Below, in pieces: positions 47,001 through 58,900 of a stretch of DNA of 64,000 nt. Numbering within the stretch: position 1 is the first letter of the stretch; each line of letters opens with the position of its first letter. The notes beneath the pieces were generated by a model, which saw only the letters and a list, made by a program, of their open reading frames with translations, searched no databases and was not told the origin of the DNA. The translations under genes were made by a program, and so were the position numbers. Source of the DNA: an uncultured virus (IMG/VR IMGVR_UViG_3300008448_000010) (lineage: Duplodnaviria > Heunggongvirae > Uroviricota > Caudoviricetes); IMG/VR virus record IMGVR_UViG_3300008448_000010; one strand, written 5' to 3'.

Positions 47001-49910
47001 ATTTGTAATATTATATCTTTGTTCATAAAGACTAGCAAGCTTTTTAGATATTTCTGCTCCTTTTGCTTTTTCATTAATAGCATTTATCTCAGCAAGAACA
47101 TCATTTTTATCCTGGAAGTATTCATCTGTATAAGCTATTCTTGTATTTTTTTCAAAAAACTTTTTAATTTCTGCTTCATATTTTTCAGGTGTAGCATCTT
47201 TAGTAATACCTAAACTTGCAAGTTCAGTATTAACAAAGTGCTCATAATCTCTTTGAAATTTATCTAAAACTGGAACAGACTCATAGAATTGTCTTGACTG
47301 TTGTCTATAGTATCTTCTAACTAAAACTTTTTCTAATTCAATTCCCTGTTTATAATTTCCATTATTATCATATAAATTATAAAGATTATTATACTTTACT
47401 TTTGATGCTGCTGATGGAGTAAATTCTAATAAGTCATCAAGTGAAGTAAATTCATTTGAATCAGAATAAGTACTTAAGTCATCTAATGCAGCCTTTCTTT
47501 CTTGATAAGCTTCTAATGACACATCTGCAGATATTGTAATAGTTTTTTTAGTAGTAGGATCTATCACTGTATTACTTTGAAGCCATATATCTTGTAGCTT
47601 ATATACTTCATCTGTATATCTTCTAACTTTATAGTCTCTATCAAAATCTCTTATTGCCTGCATAGCAACTTTAATTGCTTCCTTGTCATTTTTAAGTTGA
47701 GCTTTTTTAAGGGATCCTTTTAAGTTGGTTTCATCAAGTTCCCAATCTTTAAATTTATCTAAATATGCATAAGCTTCATATTCTTCAACATCACCATCTT
47801 CATTAATGATACCTTTCTTATCTACAAATAATAATGCTTTTCCTAATTGTTGTGTATTATCAGGGCTCCAGTTCATTGCATTTAAAATAGGTTTTAAACT
47901 TTCAACAAACTTCATTTGTTCTTGCTGACTTTTTACTTCAGCATCTGAAATTTTATTTCTTGCATACTGTACAAATGCACCAAATAAATCATTAACATTA
48001 GCTAATGGGTTTAACATAGCTCCTGTAAATCCAAGATCTTTTACATGACCCCTTAAATATTCATCAACAACCTGTTCAGTAATTTTATTATTATTATACT
48101 CTTGAATTGCTTCTAAAATGTATTTAGCTCTAGGAGATTCTCTTGGTAACTTAAAGTCTTTTGCTGATATAGCTCTAATGTTATCTACATCTAATCTATT
48201 AAATAAATCTTCTTTAAAATCATTTATTTCAGCTTCTGTAAAACCATCAGTTTTTAAAATTTCATCAATTCTATCAGAAGTTTTTTCTTTTACATTTTCT
48301 TGCATAGTAAGACCTGCATCTAAAAGTAAATCTTTGACATATTTAAATGTCATATCTTTAGCTGTTTCAGAATTACGTTCCATTAATGACTTTACAGACA
48401 ATATTAATTTACTTAATTCATTTGAAGGATCCATTCCTAATTGTCTTTCCACATCTCTAAGAAATTTAATTTCTCTTTCCATGAACTGCTTAAAGTACTG
48501 AATCTTTTGATTACCTTCTTCAGTTAAATATTCTTTTGAAGTGTTCATATCTTTAAGAACCTTTTGAACTCTTCTTGCAAATACATTAAGTTCTGTTAAA
48601 CTTTTTATGAAAGCTAATGATCTAGCATTTAAATCAGCTTCATCATTAATTAATGAATCTATAAGACTTTGTAACTCATCATCTGAAATGTTTTCACCAG
48701 TAGTTTTATATCCATTAACATAATCTCTTATACCACGGATAGTTTGTTCAGCATCTTTTCCTAAGGTTTCTCTAAGTTTTTTTGGATTTGTTCTTAATTC
48801 TTGTAACTGAAAAGACATTTCATCATGAAATCTATTTATTGTATTTAGTATTTTTTCAGGAGCAAGAGCTTTAAGTTCTTTTAAATATGCATCAGTTTCT
48901 TTACTAAACTCAGCAAATAAACTTGTTTGATAATTTAAATCTTGAATTACAAAGTCTTCATTGAGCATCATGTCAACAAGTTGATCCCTGGTAGTACTTG
49001 TACTTAACTTTTTAAGATTAACTTTCTTTGTGAGAGCTTGAATAACTTTTTTAATAGCAAAAATTAATGTTTCTATAAACTTATCAAACAAGCTATCATC
49101 AGATTTAATTTTTTCTAACTTTAGTTCTGCATCTATTTCCATAGCAGTAACAATAGCTTCTTCTTTAAATCTTTCTGAATCAACTTCTAATTCAGGATAC
49201 TTACTTTTAACTCTTTCAATTGCTTCTTGTCCTGTTACAGAACCAGATAACTGAGCATATAAATTATTAAATAATTTAGGATTTTGAAATGCTATACCTT
49301 TAATTAAAGGGTGAGCAAATTCATGGACTACAGTTTTAGCATTAAAGTTACCCTTTACAAAATATACTTGATTTCCATAAAAGAAAGCAGATACATCTGA
49401 TGTATAGGGTGTTGGACTTAATTGTAAGATTAAAGCAGCTTCACCTGGGGTTACTATTTGATATTCTATTCCAAAAGCTTTTTTATATTTTTCACCTAGC
49501 TTAGTAGCAATTTCTTGATCTCTTGCTTCTCTAAATGTTTTTTCAACAATTATTTGAATATCATTTTCATTTTGAAATAGATAGTCATCTTGATATGGAA
49601 TACCTGCACGTTCTGCATCTCTTCTTTGTATTTCTCTAGCTTCTTCTTCAGCTGCTTGAGCAACATCAATAGCTTCTTGTATTTCTAGTTTAAGCTCATT
49701 ATTATAATAATCAGTTATTAAAGCTTCCGGAATTGTTATTTCAAGCTCAACTGTATCACCTAATGTAGGATATACAACATTGTAGCCATATTCTTTATTT
49801 ATAGTATCTGTTAGTCTTACAGCATTTTGATATGACATGTTTAATGCAGGTTTAGATTTCTCATAAACTTGATCAGTTAAGAATTCTTTTAATTTAATTA
49901 CACAAGGCAT
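44052..49910 (-). CDS. giant virion (ejection) protein with zincin HExxH domain, LysM domain and C-terminal hydrophobic segment
   Basis: HEFAH at 49311-49325 with downstream EE; LysM HTVVAGDTLASIAKQY at ~44865-44993. Confidence 0.75.
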   Translation of the reverse strand: MPCVIKLKEFLTDQVYEKSKPALNMSYQNAVRLTDTINKEYGYNVVYPTLGDTVELEITIPEALITDYYNNELKLEIQEAIDVAQAAEEEAREIQRRDAERAGIPYQDDYLFQNENDIQIIVEKTFREARDQEIATKLGEKYKKAFGIEYQIVTPGEAALILQLSPTPYTSDVSAFFYGNQVYFVKGNFNAKTVVHEFAHPLIKGIAFQNPKLFNNLYAQLSGSVTGQEAIERVKSKYPELEVDSERFKEEAIVTAMEIDAELKLEKIKSDDSLFDKFIETLIFAIKKVIQALTKKVNLKKLSTSTTRDQLVDMMLNEDFVIQDLNYQTSLFAEFSKETDAYLKELKALAPEKILNTINRFHDEMSFQLQELRTNPKKLRETLGKDAEQTIRGIRDYVNGYKTTGENISDDELQSLIDSLINDEADLNARSLAFIKSLTELNVFARRVQKVLKDMNTSKEYLTEEGNQKIQYFKQFMEREIKFLRDVERQLGMDPSNELSKLILSVKSLMERNSETAKDMTFKYVKDLLLDAGLTMQENVKEKTSDRIDEILKTDGFTEAEINDFKEDLFNRLDVDNIRAISAKDFKLPRESPRAKYILEAIQEYNNNKITEQVVDEYLRGHVKDLGFTGAMLNPLANVNDLFGAFVQYARNKISDAEVKSQQEQMKFVESLKPILNAMNWSPDNTQQLGKALLFVDKKGIINEDGDVEEYEAYAYLDKFKDWELDETNLKGSLKKAQLKNDKEAIKVAMQAIRDFDRDYKVRRYTDEVYKLQDIWLQSNTVIDPTTKKTITISADVSLEAYQERKAALDDLSTYSDSNEFTSLDDLLEFTPSAASKVKYNNLYNLYDNNGNYKQGIELEKVLVRRYYRQQSRQFYESVPVLDKFQRDYEHFVNTELASLGITKDATPEKYEAEIKKFFEKNTRIAYTDEYFQDKNDVLAEINAINEKAKGAEISKKLASLYEQRYNITNRVTDKDGEPNGTELGIDSIRKLKAIEEEIVLLSESFDKKTGLSKTEAYKLRYYEEKIIGAGKASQMTQEQKNEYQSLVANRTAFGLSDQEITYLRGLFKKLAELTDNVATDYYVDSFNTALGELELEPITIDTADDWINSQNTLQAKADNPRFSEWFDRNHYEKNVFNPELGVYESRFFRTKAWTVSKPSNPKYFKKTELIDPITGEKITIDGVPIAKYSYTKIKDKYKTGFNAKTGKVELEVGTHIDNRGNFLPKEQAIGSTFGKYMNERYYEMKKANSPEFKLLEAIKKQRLKNQEDSPYASRMYLDFPRFRIATTIEYGQSGALSDDIKDKTSAIGDALRASVTKASDDPESGQANFDPKFIYVPTDLQGKPIPKVPVSGLYKMPIKAVSLDVITSELNYMNSLDIQKVLIDSQSSATAILDVLGDPDNALDKLDMASSKLSNAQDKTAVFLKRDTNQRYQFAKDVINRLWYGENVSEFQQENPVLSKITRKAMGAASFAFYALNPISTIKNKGGMTFQKLIKTAGGKYINFPAMARGEIRTYKAMFDYATSGTYTTGLKSLDMQLMDAFDMSPGKTKKDAKRTHTNTAVKNLLDATWMFADRKLTEVQGALELGFGLMEWQEVDQVQPDGSVTKIRYADAFVIGEDGIAKIKDGINPEWGMNYTDHTVVAGDTLASIAKQYHMTVEELAKKNKIETNAKLEDGKELIISRNTKFNMMKLRMSSTNKKLNGSVAAIEGPTAEKHLLYDVASFSRKFGTGMFLSRFQMDTSKGNRGGAVWDWDLNETTKGKYITFVQNMTKLLTDAKNYWPIMKEEEKIAIYEILTEGMLIFISGVAISLLFGFKGDDEDRFQKLKEREAKYGTAGWVANHMLYQIIMVQKENTSMTPLGAGEWLDFTKTTNIMMGPTLDLYLKIFKDLGYIITGNEKAVYKQEVGPYGWQQEGEYKIWNHLGSILGLSGKNLSPYWAIKKQEIFTNLKG

Positions 49911-49937
49911 AATAATTTTATTTAAAGATAATAAATT

Positions 49938-52900
49938 TTATTGACAATCAGTTGATGTTCTTGGTATTCCTGGTAATCCATCTGGTGCATTAAGATTATC
50001 TGTAGGTGGTTGAGTAACAAAGTTTTTAAATCCTTCTATATCTTTTTTAGAACCTAGTATGTTAATTTGTTCTGACTTAGGTACAATAATAACTTGGTAA
50101 GGTTTAAGTTCTCTTGTAAATCCATCTGCAGTTTCTGTTTCAATGTAATAATCTTCACTACTTTCTTCTGCTATATAACCATCTTTAGTTTTATCAATAT
50201 TTTTAGCATCTAATAAATCTGTTACAAATTTAGTTCTTTGTGGATTTAATACATTAATTATACTTGGATTTAAATTTTGAGTTTTTACACCATTACCTTG
50301 TTTATCAAATTTCCAAGCATAAATTGTATCAGCTGCATTTTTATCCGTAGTAAAGAAGAAACCTAATTTATCATACTCAGGAGTATCAAAAATTGTTGCA
50401 TTCTGTGTTGCTTTAAATTCATCTTTAAACTCTTCAATTTTTTCCCCACTACCATGATAAACAATATCTTTAACTTGACTGTTTGGGAATATAGTACTAA
50501 GATACTCTGAGTATTGTTCAGGAGTTCCTATTGATGCTAATTCAGGATTAGAATCAAATAGTTCTGACACACCTTCTTTAACACTAGTAGATGATTGAGT
50601 AGGTTTAAATGTATTAACATATACATCTCTGATAGCTTGTTTAGCAGCTTCTTCTACTTTTTTACCCTTATACTGTTCTCTTGGTAACCATTTACCATCT
50701 TTTTGCACATTGTAAGATTCAATATCTCTTGAACCTATGCCTGCAAAGTTTTTAGTAAGAGTAGGTGTATCAGTTTCTTCAAACCATCTATTTCCATCCC
50801 ATTTATACCAAGATTGTGTAGCTAAATCCCATACATAAACAGGTTTACCTAATTTAATTCCCAGTTGTACTGCTGTATTTGTTCCTCCTTTTACAATATG
50901 TTTATAAGAATTTACTGATTTTGTTATGTCAGTAGTATTTTTAGGAGCATCTTTATCAACTACTTGTGTGATTTCAGCAATAGCATATACAGCATCTGCA
51001 TTAGCTACTTGATAATAATTTCTTACTTGTAAATTTCCTTGTAAAGTATCTGGATAACTTTGTCCAAGTAATCTCTCTACTTCTGTTCTAGCTTGATCCA
51101 TTTGTTCTTTAGTAAGTACTGTAGCTTTTATACCAGCATTTCTAAGTTTTTGAGACAAGTTAGCATTACCAGCATCTTTATAATGCATATGTTTAGTAAC
51201 ACCAAATTCTCTACCTATCATATCCCAGAAAGTATCTCCACCATAAGCTCCTCCAGAATGATTAGTAAATTCAGCTGGATTAACACTAGTAGATGATTGA
51301 GTAGATTCTTCTCCAATAGGTTTAATACCCATTTTTTCAAGCATAGCTACTGCTTCTTCTTCAGACATAAATTCATCTTCTTCTTTAACTACAGAAGGTT
51401 CTGGTTTAAGATATTGCTTAGGTGTAACTAATAAGTTTTTAAATACTTTGTTACCGGGCTCAACTAACTTATCAAAGATAACAGCTAGTGTGTCTTCATT
51501 AAGTTGTTTATTTATAAATATTTCAGAAGCTGTTTGCATTACTCCTATGAATCCTTCATAAGGTAATGCTCTTGTAAAGCCATACTTACTATAACCAATA
51601 CCATGTTGATACATCATCATTTGTGGTAATAAAGCAAATAGTTTACTTATTCTTTTATTATCTTCAGGATCTATTACTTTTTTAATATCTTCATTTCCAA
51701 GATCTTCTAAATTTTGGAAATAAATTTCAGCTAACTGTGCATCCTTTAATGATTTAGTATCATTTAAACTTAGCACACGTTCACCAGTTTTAACCTTTGG
51801 TATTGTAAATTGGGTTAAAATAGGATACTTATTTTTAAGTTCTGAAAATTCTTCTACCATATTTAAAACCATATCTGTATAAGATTGGCCATCTAATGTC
51901 ATAATAGTTTCTCTATTAAATGCATTAATTAATGCTCTTTGATTAATATATGCTTCATAAGATTGTGCAGGATCTTTGATTATTGAGTTGATTTTTAAAT
52001 AATCTTTATTAGTTTCAAGTGATTTCATTGAATAAAGATTTCTTTGAAGTTCTCTCTCAAATACATATTTAAAATATGTGGATTCATTAGGAAACAATTT
52101 TTCTACATTTCCAAAACCTCTCAATCCTTGTTTAGTATAACCAGCAGCATCTGTATTATCTCTTAAGTATAATTTTTTACTATACTCATTAGATAATCTT
52201 GTCTTGTCAATATATAGTGTACCATTAATTATTTGTGCACCATTTTTAACACCAGCTTTTTCTTTAACAGGAAACCCTTCAAAGTTATCAGGCATTGAAG
52301 TTATATTACCATTTTCATCTATAAAATTAGACTTGTAATTTTGATAGATATAATTAGGTATAGCATTTTTAAATTCTGTAATGAATCTTCTTGTACCATC
52401 ATGACCTCTTCCAAAAGTTCTAGTAATTATATTTTGTTTTAACTGGATAGTTTTAACAATATAATTTGTTACAGTATCATTATTTCTTAATGGAAATAGT
52501 GGAACTATTAAGTCACCAATAAGTTTATTATCATAAAAAGAACCTAAGATAGAATCCATCATTTTTTCAACAGTACCCTCTTCTATTGTTGACATTGATT
52601 TAGCATCTTCAATAGATAAGTTTCTTCTTATTATCTCTTGTAAAGTTTTAGAAGTCTTAGTATCTGGATTAGACATAAATTTTAAAGATGTATATCCACG
52701 GGTAGATTTTTCAAGTTCTAAGAAATGTAAGAACATTGCTACTGCATGATTTTTTAATTCTGGAGCATTAGGATTCTTAACAAGTTTACTCATCATTTTA
52801 ATGTCAAACTCAAGAGCATCATTTAATATTCCAGATTTAGATGTAGCATCAACGGCAGCCTTATAATATCCTTTAGCACTAACTAAGCTACCAGCTTTTT

Positions 52901-55900
52901 TAATACCTACTGTCTCAAGTGCATTTACAGCAGCTTCATATTTAGTTTTAGTTTCAGGAAAGTTTTCATCAATTTTACCTGTCATTTTAGCATAAGCACC
53001 TTTAATTATTCTTTGTTGTTTAGCATATTCTCTTACAAGAGGATTTGAAACAAACATAATAGCATGTTCTTTTGGAACACCTGCTTTAAGTAAGAATGTA
53101 ATCATTGGTGCTATCTCATAGTTACCTTGTATAAAGAATATCCATGGATTTTTCTCAACATCCACTGCACCATTCATCATTTGTGAAAATAAGTCACCAA
53201 TATTATCTAAACCATCTGCTGTATCAGTACCAGATAGAGATACATTACCCTCTGTAGTTTTATTATGTGGTAATAGTAATCTTGTTTTATTAGTCTGTTT
53301 TTTACTATCAACATTTCTTTGTAAGCCCTCATCAAAAACAGGATTTTGATAAGTAGCAGGTAATGAAGCTCCAATAGAATTAAGTACTGGATGTAATGCA
53401 TTTTCAATAGCAATTAGACCAAGTACTCTTTTACCAACCATATTTACTTCATGCTTGTGTAAGTTATAAGATACTTCTAGAGTTCTAGTAGGACTAATTA
53501 CTTTTTCACCTTTCTTACCAATTCTTTCAGATTCTTTATGCATGTTCTGAAATCTATTGTATTCAACAACATCATTCTCAATCTTATCAGCAATATCATC
53601 TTTTAATAAATAGGTATCATTTGGTCTAACTAAACCTGCATAGTTATCTGGTAACTCAAGAATACCTTTAATAGTTGATATTAATTCATTCTCTAGAGCA
53701 GCTTTTTGAATTTTAATTAAGTTAGTAGCTGTTTTTGAACCTTCTGGTGTAGCAGCTAATCTATTTACTTTAGCTAATAATTCATCATTAGTAATACCTG
53801 TTTTAACAAAGTTACCTTTAGTATCAATTGTAGGCATAAATGTGGTCAACTTATCTACGTCATAGTCAGTTCCTGATTTAGCTACAATCTCAGTTGGAGG
53901 AATAATAATATTTCCAGCTGCCGGATCTAAGAACTCATATACTTCCATAAACTCCATAGAGTTTAATCCTTGTACTGGAATCCTAACTGCAGATAAAGTA
54001 ACAGACTTTCTATTATCATTTTGATCTAACCAAGCATCTTCTTTAATCATATCATTTAATCTAGCTCTTGTCCCAATAGGTTGGCCATCTAAATGATTAA
54101 GTTTAAGTAAATTAACAAAGTCTCCTTGTAATGCTATAGCAACTTTCATAGCTAATGTTTTACCATCAGCTGTGTCATTGTTATAAAAAGGAAGATTATT
54201 AGTACCCATAAACTTTAGTATATCTGCTTTAGTACCTTTCTTAAGATTGTTATCCCATAGTCCATTAGACATAGAACTAGCTACTTGAACTAATGGTTCT
54301 CCTTTTACTTTTTGTTTAATAAGTCTTTTCTCTACTAATGCAACTAAGATAGCTTCAATTTCATCAGCCATTAAGTGTAATGATAAATCTGTTTTTATAG
54401 AGTTATCTCTATTAAGACCTACCATTTGTACAAGATGTTCTGGAACATCCTTTCTTTCTAGTTCTCTTTGTACTACATTTAAGAAATCTTTTAAGTTTCC
54501 GGTATATTTACCAGTTTCTTTATTTTCTTCATAACCAATCTCATGTAATAGTTCTAGTTTTAAAATCTTACTATAATTATCTACAGCTTTTTCATAAGCG
54601 TTAATAACTGCTTTATTATTAGAATTAATAATTTTACCATTACGATATAAACCACCCAAAATAAGTTTTCTTAACTGAGTTGAAAATACAGTTTTGTTTT
54701 TATACTTATTTGGAACAGATGTTACATTTTTAAGATTCTCAAGATAAATAGTATTCTTTGTAAATTTGATGTTTTTCTTTAAAACTTTTTGATCAGACTT
54801 AGGCTCATAGATTTCATCTGCTACTGCTTCACCTTCTTCATTAACTGTAGAAGTTTCACTACCTACTTTAGAACCAGTTTGGAATGATACATACTGAATA
54901 TTATCTTCCATCATTTGTCTATGTAAAGACTGAAGATCTGACCCTTCAATCACTGAAGGAATTAATGGAGCTAATGCAAATTTATGCATAGCTGTTACTG
55001 GAAGTTTAGTATTAGCTAATGCACCAAAGTTCTGAACTTTATATACAGGAAACATTTCTGTTATGTCAGATGCATTTACTTCTTCTCCTCTTAAAATTCT
55101 TTGGAAAAGAATCTCTTGCTCATTTGACCAATTATTCTCAAGGTATCTTAAAGTTCTATATGCATCAAAAGTTATAAAACCTTGACCATCAGCTTCTTCT
55201 ATATCTTTATATTTACTTATTTCCTTTTCAACCCTAATGTCTATTTCAGCTTTTGCATTCTTAACACCTGCTTCTTTATATCTTCTTTCATAATCTTTTC
55301 TAAGACCTTTTTCAATTTGTCCTAAATACTCTGAAGTTCTTTTTACATCTTGAATAATAGCTGTATTATATGTTCCATCATATGCTATTGTAGGCATACC
55401 AGCTTTTTTAGCATAGGATGTTTTAGCTAAAAAATCTTTTACAAAGTTTCTAGCGGCAATGTCAGTTCTAAATCCTCTACCACCTGAAGTTGATCCAGTA
55501 TTTCTTTTATGTAATTCTTCTTTATCATGATTGTACTGAGACATATCACCATAAAATAATACAGCCATTTCAAAGTTCTGAACCCAAGAATTATAGGTAT
55601 AAGTTTCAACAAGTTTATCTTCAATTTGATTTTCTGCAACACCTAAGTCACTCATTTTTTTAATCAAATCCTTACTAATAAAATTAGCATTAGTAAGTAA
55701 GCCAGTATTTATTTTAGTTTGATCTTTAAAATAAGTTCTTACATTATCTTTAACAGTAATTAATAAACCTGTATTATCATTTCTAAGAAATTCTGTAAGA
55801 TTAAAATTCTTTTTTTCTGCAATAGCTTTATCAATAGCTTTATATATTTGTTCTTTTGAGCTTTTAGTAAGTACATTATCAAATGCAGTAAATACTTCTC

Positions 55901-58900
55901 CAGCCATAAGACCATTACCTAAATCTCTATTGTATCCTGCATATTTTGAATACTCTTTTTTGTTCTGTCTAAACTTAAAGATTCTCTCAGCTTCTGCTTC
56001 CATATAAGGTAGCATGTGAGCTTTAAATCCATATTCATATGCTGTATTATCTGTAAACATTTTAACATCAATCCAAAGATGACCATCACTACCTTCTTTA
56101 CCTGGTAATCCAATTACTCCACCTTCTATCTTAGCACCAAATGAAGATGACTTAGATGCATGTCTCATAAATTCTTGAACACCATCTTTAAGCATAGTAT
56201 TAATTTCTTGAAGAAATTTACCGTTAACATCTAATGATGTTGTATTTAAACCAGTATCTTCTCCTTCAATTTGAGTTCCAGAATCCATAAATAATTTTAA
56301 GGATCTATTTGCTCTTCTTTTTTGTTCAGGAGAACTTAATTCATACAAAGTTCTAATGGTAGCTAATCTCTTTGTGTAAGGATTAGTTGCCGGATCAAGA
56401 TAAGACATATGTTGAAACTTATCCGTTGTCCATAGATCAGAAAGTTTAGTAGCATTGTTTAATGCATATACTTGTTTGCTTATAGTATTGTTCTCAATAA
56501 ATTCAGACACTAAGTTTCTTTCTGCATTAAGAACCATACCAGTAGATGCTTCTAATCCATATTTACTTTGAAGAGTTGCAATTTCTTTTATCTTATTTTT
56601 TTGACCTTCTCTAGTAGTACCAATTATATTTTCTGGTATACCATCCATAAGAGTTTGTATGGGATCATTTTTAAACTTAGCAATAACTGTTTTTACAGTG
56701 CTATTAGTATTTTCTAATTTAGACTTGTCATTTAGTCTTTTAACAATATCATAAATATATGGTAGACCAAATTGCTCAATAGTTTTAGTATCTTTTTTAA
56801 GTGTATTTTTAATTATACTTATATCATCTAAATAAAAACCAATAGCTCTTGCAAATGCAAAAGAATTAGAAGTATCTAATTTACCATTTATTCCAAAAGC
56901 ATCTACAACTTTTTGTAAATTTAAAGTTGGAATATTATCTCTTCCAATTCTATCTACATATAAATTAGTTGTAGAAGCTTTAAAATTTTCTTGAAATTTT
57001 CTTATAACATTAAATACATCATTAGATGCATCAGTTACTGCAGTACTATATTCAAATATATCTATCATTTTTGTACCATAGTATCCATCAGGTACTTCTT
57101 TTTCTCCTATTTTAGTTTTAAATACTGTTAACTGAATATAAGGTATTCTTGATTTACTAAAGTCTTGCCAAATAGCTGAAGTAGCTTGAAACTCATATTG
57201 ATTAGTTGAATTTTCTGGATTAGCTATCTTAGTATCAACAAGTTGTTTAATCTGAGCATTTGTTTTTGATTCCTCAACTAATTTATCATACTGTTCTTGA
57301 GCATCTTGAATACCACCAATAGCTCTTACTGTGTTATTCCAAGTAGTTCTAAAGTCTGCAAGTTTTTTAAAACCAAGTTCATTATATTGATACTCAATTT
57401 TATTAGTATTTTTATTAATCTTACCTTCATGTAAACTCTTTAAAATATAAAGAGTCTCTTTACCTGCTAGTTCTATTAGTGATTTCTGGCCATCTTTCTT
57501 GTCACCATATCTTTCTGTATTCTCAAGATTTGCAGGCTCCATTAAGTTACCTTCTTCATCTAATTCAAGAGCAGTATATTTCTGTCTCATCAAATCATAG
57601 GTACTATTATCTACATGGTATTTAATTAAACCATTTGTAGTATCTCCATAGTTATCTAAACCAGCTTTAAGAATTCTTATTCTATTTTCTAAAAGCTCTT
57701 TCTTAAATTCATTTTCTTTAGTGTCTTCTGTATCTTCAAGTTGTTTAGTAGTGCTGTTTAACTTATCTTGTAATTTAATTTTTATTAACTTATATAAGGG
57801 TTCTCTATTTCTTGAATCTAATAGAATACTTAAGGTACCTGATTTAATTACTTTTGAAGGAACTTGATCATCAATGATATCAGAGATGATTGAATCCATA
57901 CTATCTTTAAGTAGATTAGAATCTTGTCTATTAAGTACTTGGTCAGTCTCTGTTCCCGGTTTAACAACACCACTATTTCTATATAACACATCAAACATTA
58001 CATTGTCAATAGATGGCGTGTAAATGTTTAAACCTTTTCCAAGGTATAAGTTATCAAATAACTCTTTGACAGCTTTAATATCTGCAGTATCTGTTACTGA
58101 ACCTTTTCCAAAGAGTTCTCTTAAAAAGTTTAATATTTTTCTAAATAAGCTATTTCTTTTTGGAGAGTTAGCTTTAACCTTTCCTGTTCTTACATACTCA
58201 CGGAAATCCTCAGCAAGCATTTCCTCTATTTCAAAGAAGTCAACCTTAGTTCCAAGCTTCTTCTGTACCTCTCTATACAAAGCTTTTTTCTCAGCCCTAC
58301 TTAGGTATAATTGAGAAAATCCATGCCATGCTTCATGATATACATCTACCATAGAACCCTTTGCTGCAAGATCAATCATACCCAGATTACCATTAAGAGT
58401 GGCACCATAAGCTGTAAATCTTGCAAATGCATCTGAGTTAACTATATTAGCTACTTCTCTAAATCCAATATGTTTATTTAATGGAGAGTTAGCCCACCAT
58501 GTTTTTGCATCTGCTATTTGTTCTTCAGATACATCTGATGGTAATTCACCTTTTCTATAGAAAAATATATCTGCTGCTCCACCATCTTCAGGTTTAGCAA
58601 CATTTTTAGGATCAAGTGTTTCATTAATTTCTGCTTCAATTTCTTCTACAGTCTTTGTTGGTGCTGCAGTTTTTGGAGCATCAAAGTCTTCAGTTTCTCT
58701 TACATAACCAAGTAACTTATCTCCTGCTTTTACTTCAATAACATTAGTAAACTTCTTACCATTAAATTCAGCTTCTGGAACTAGATTTAAACTAACTTCA
58801 GTTGCAATGTCTTCAGCAGTAATATTTTTTTCTTTATTATAAAACTCAATAATATTTCCTTTTGGAGTTGTTATATGCCATTTAGATTGTGCACCAAATG

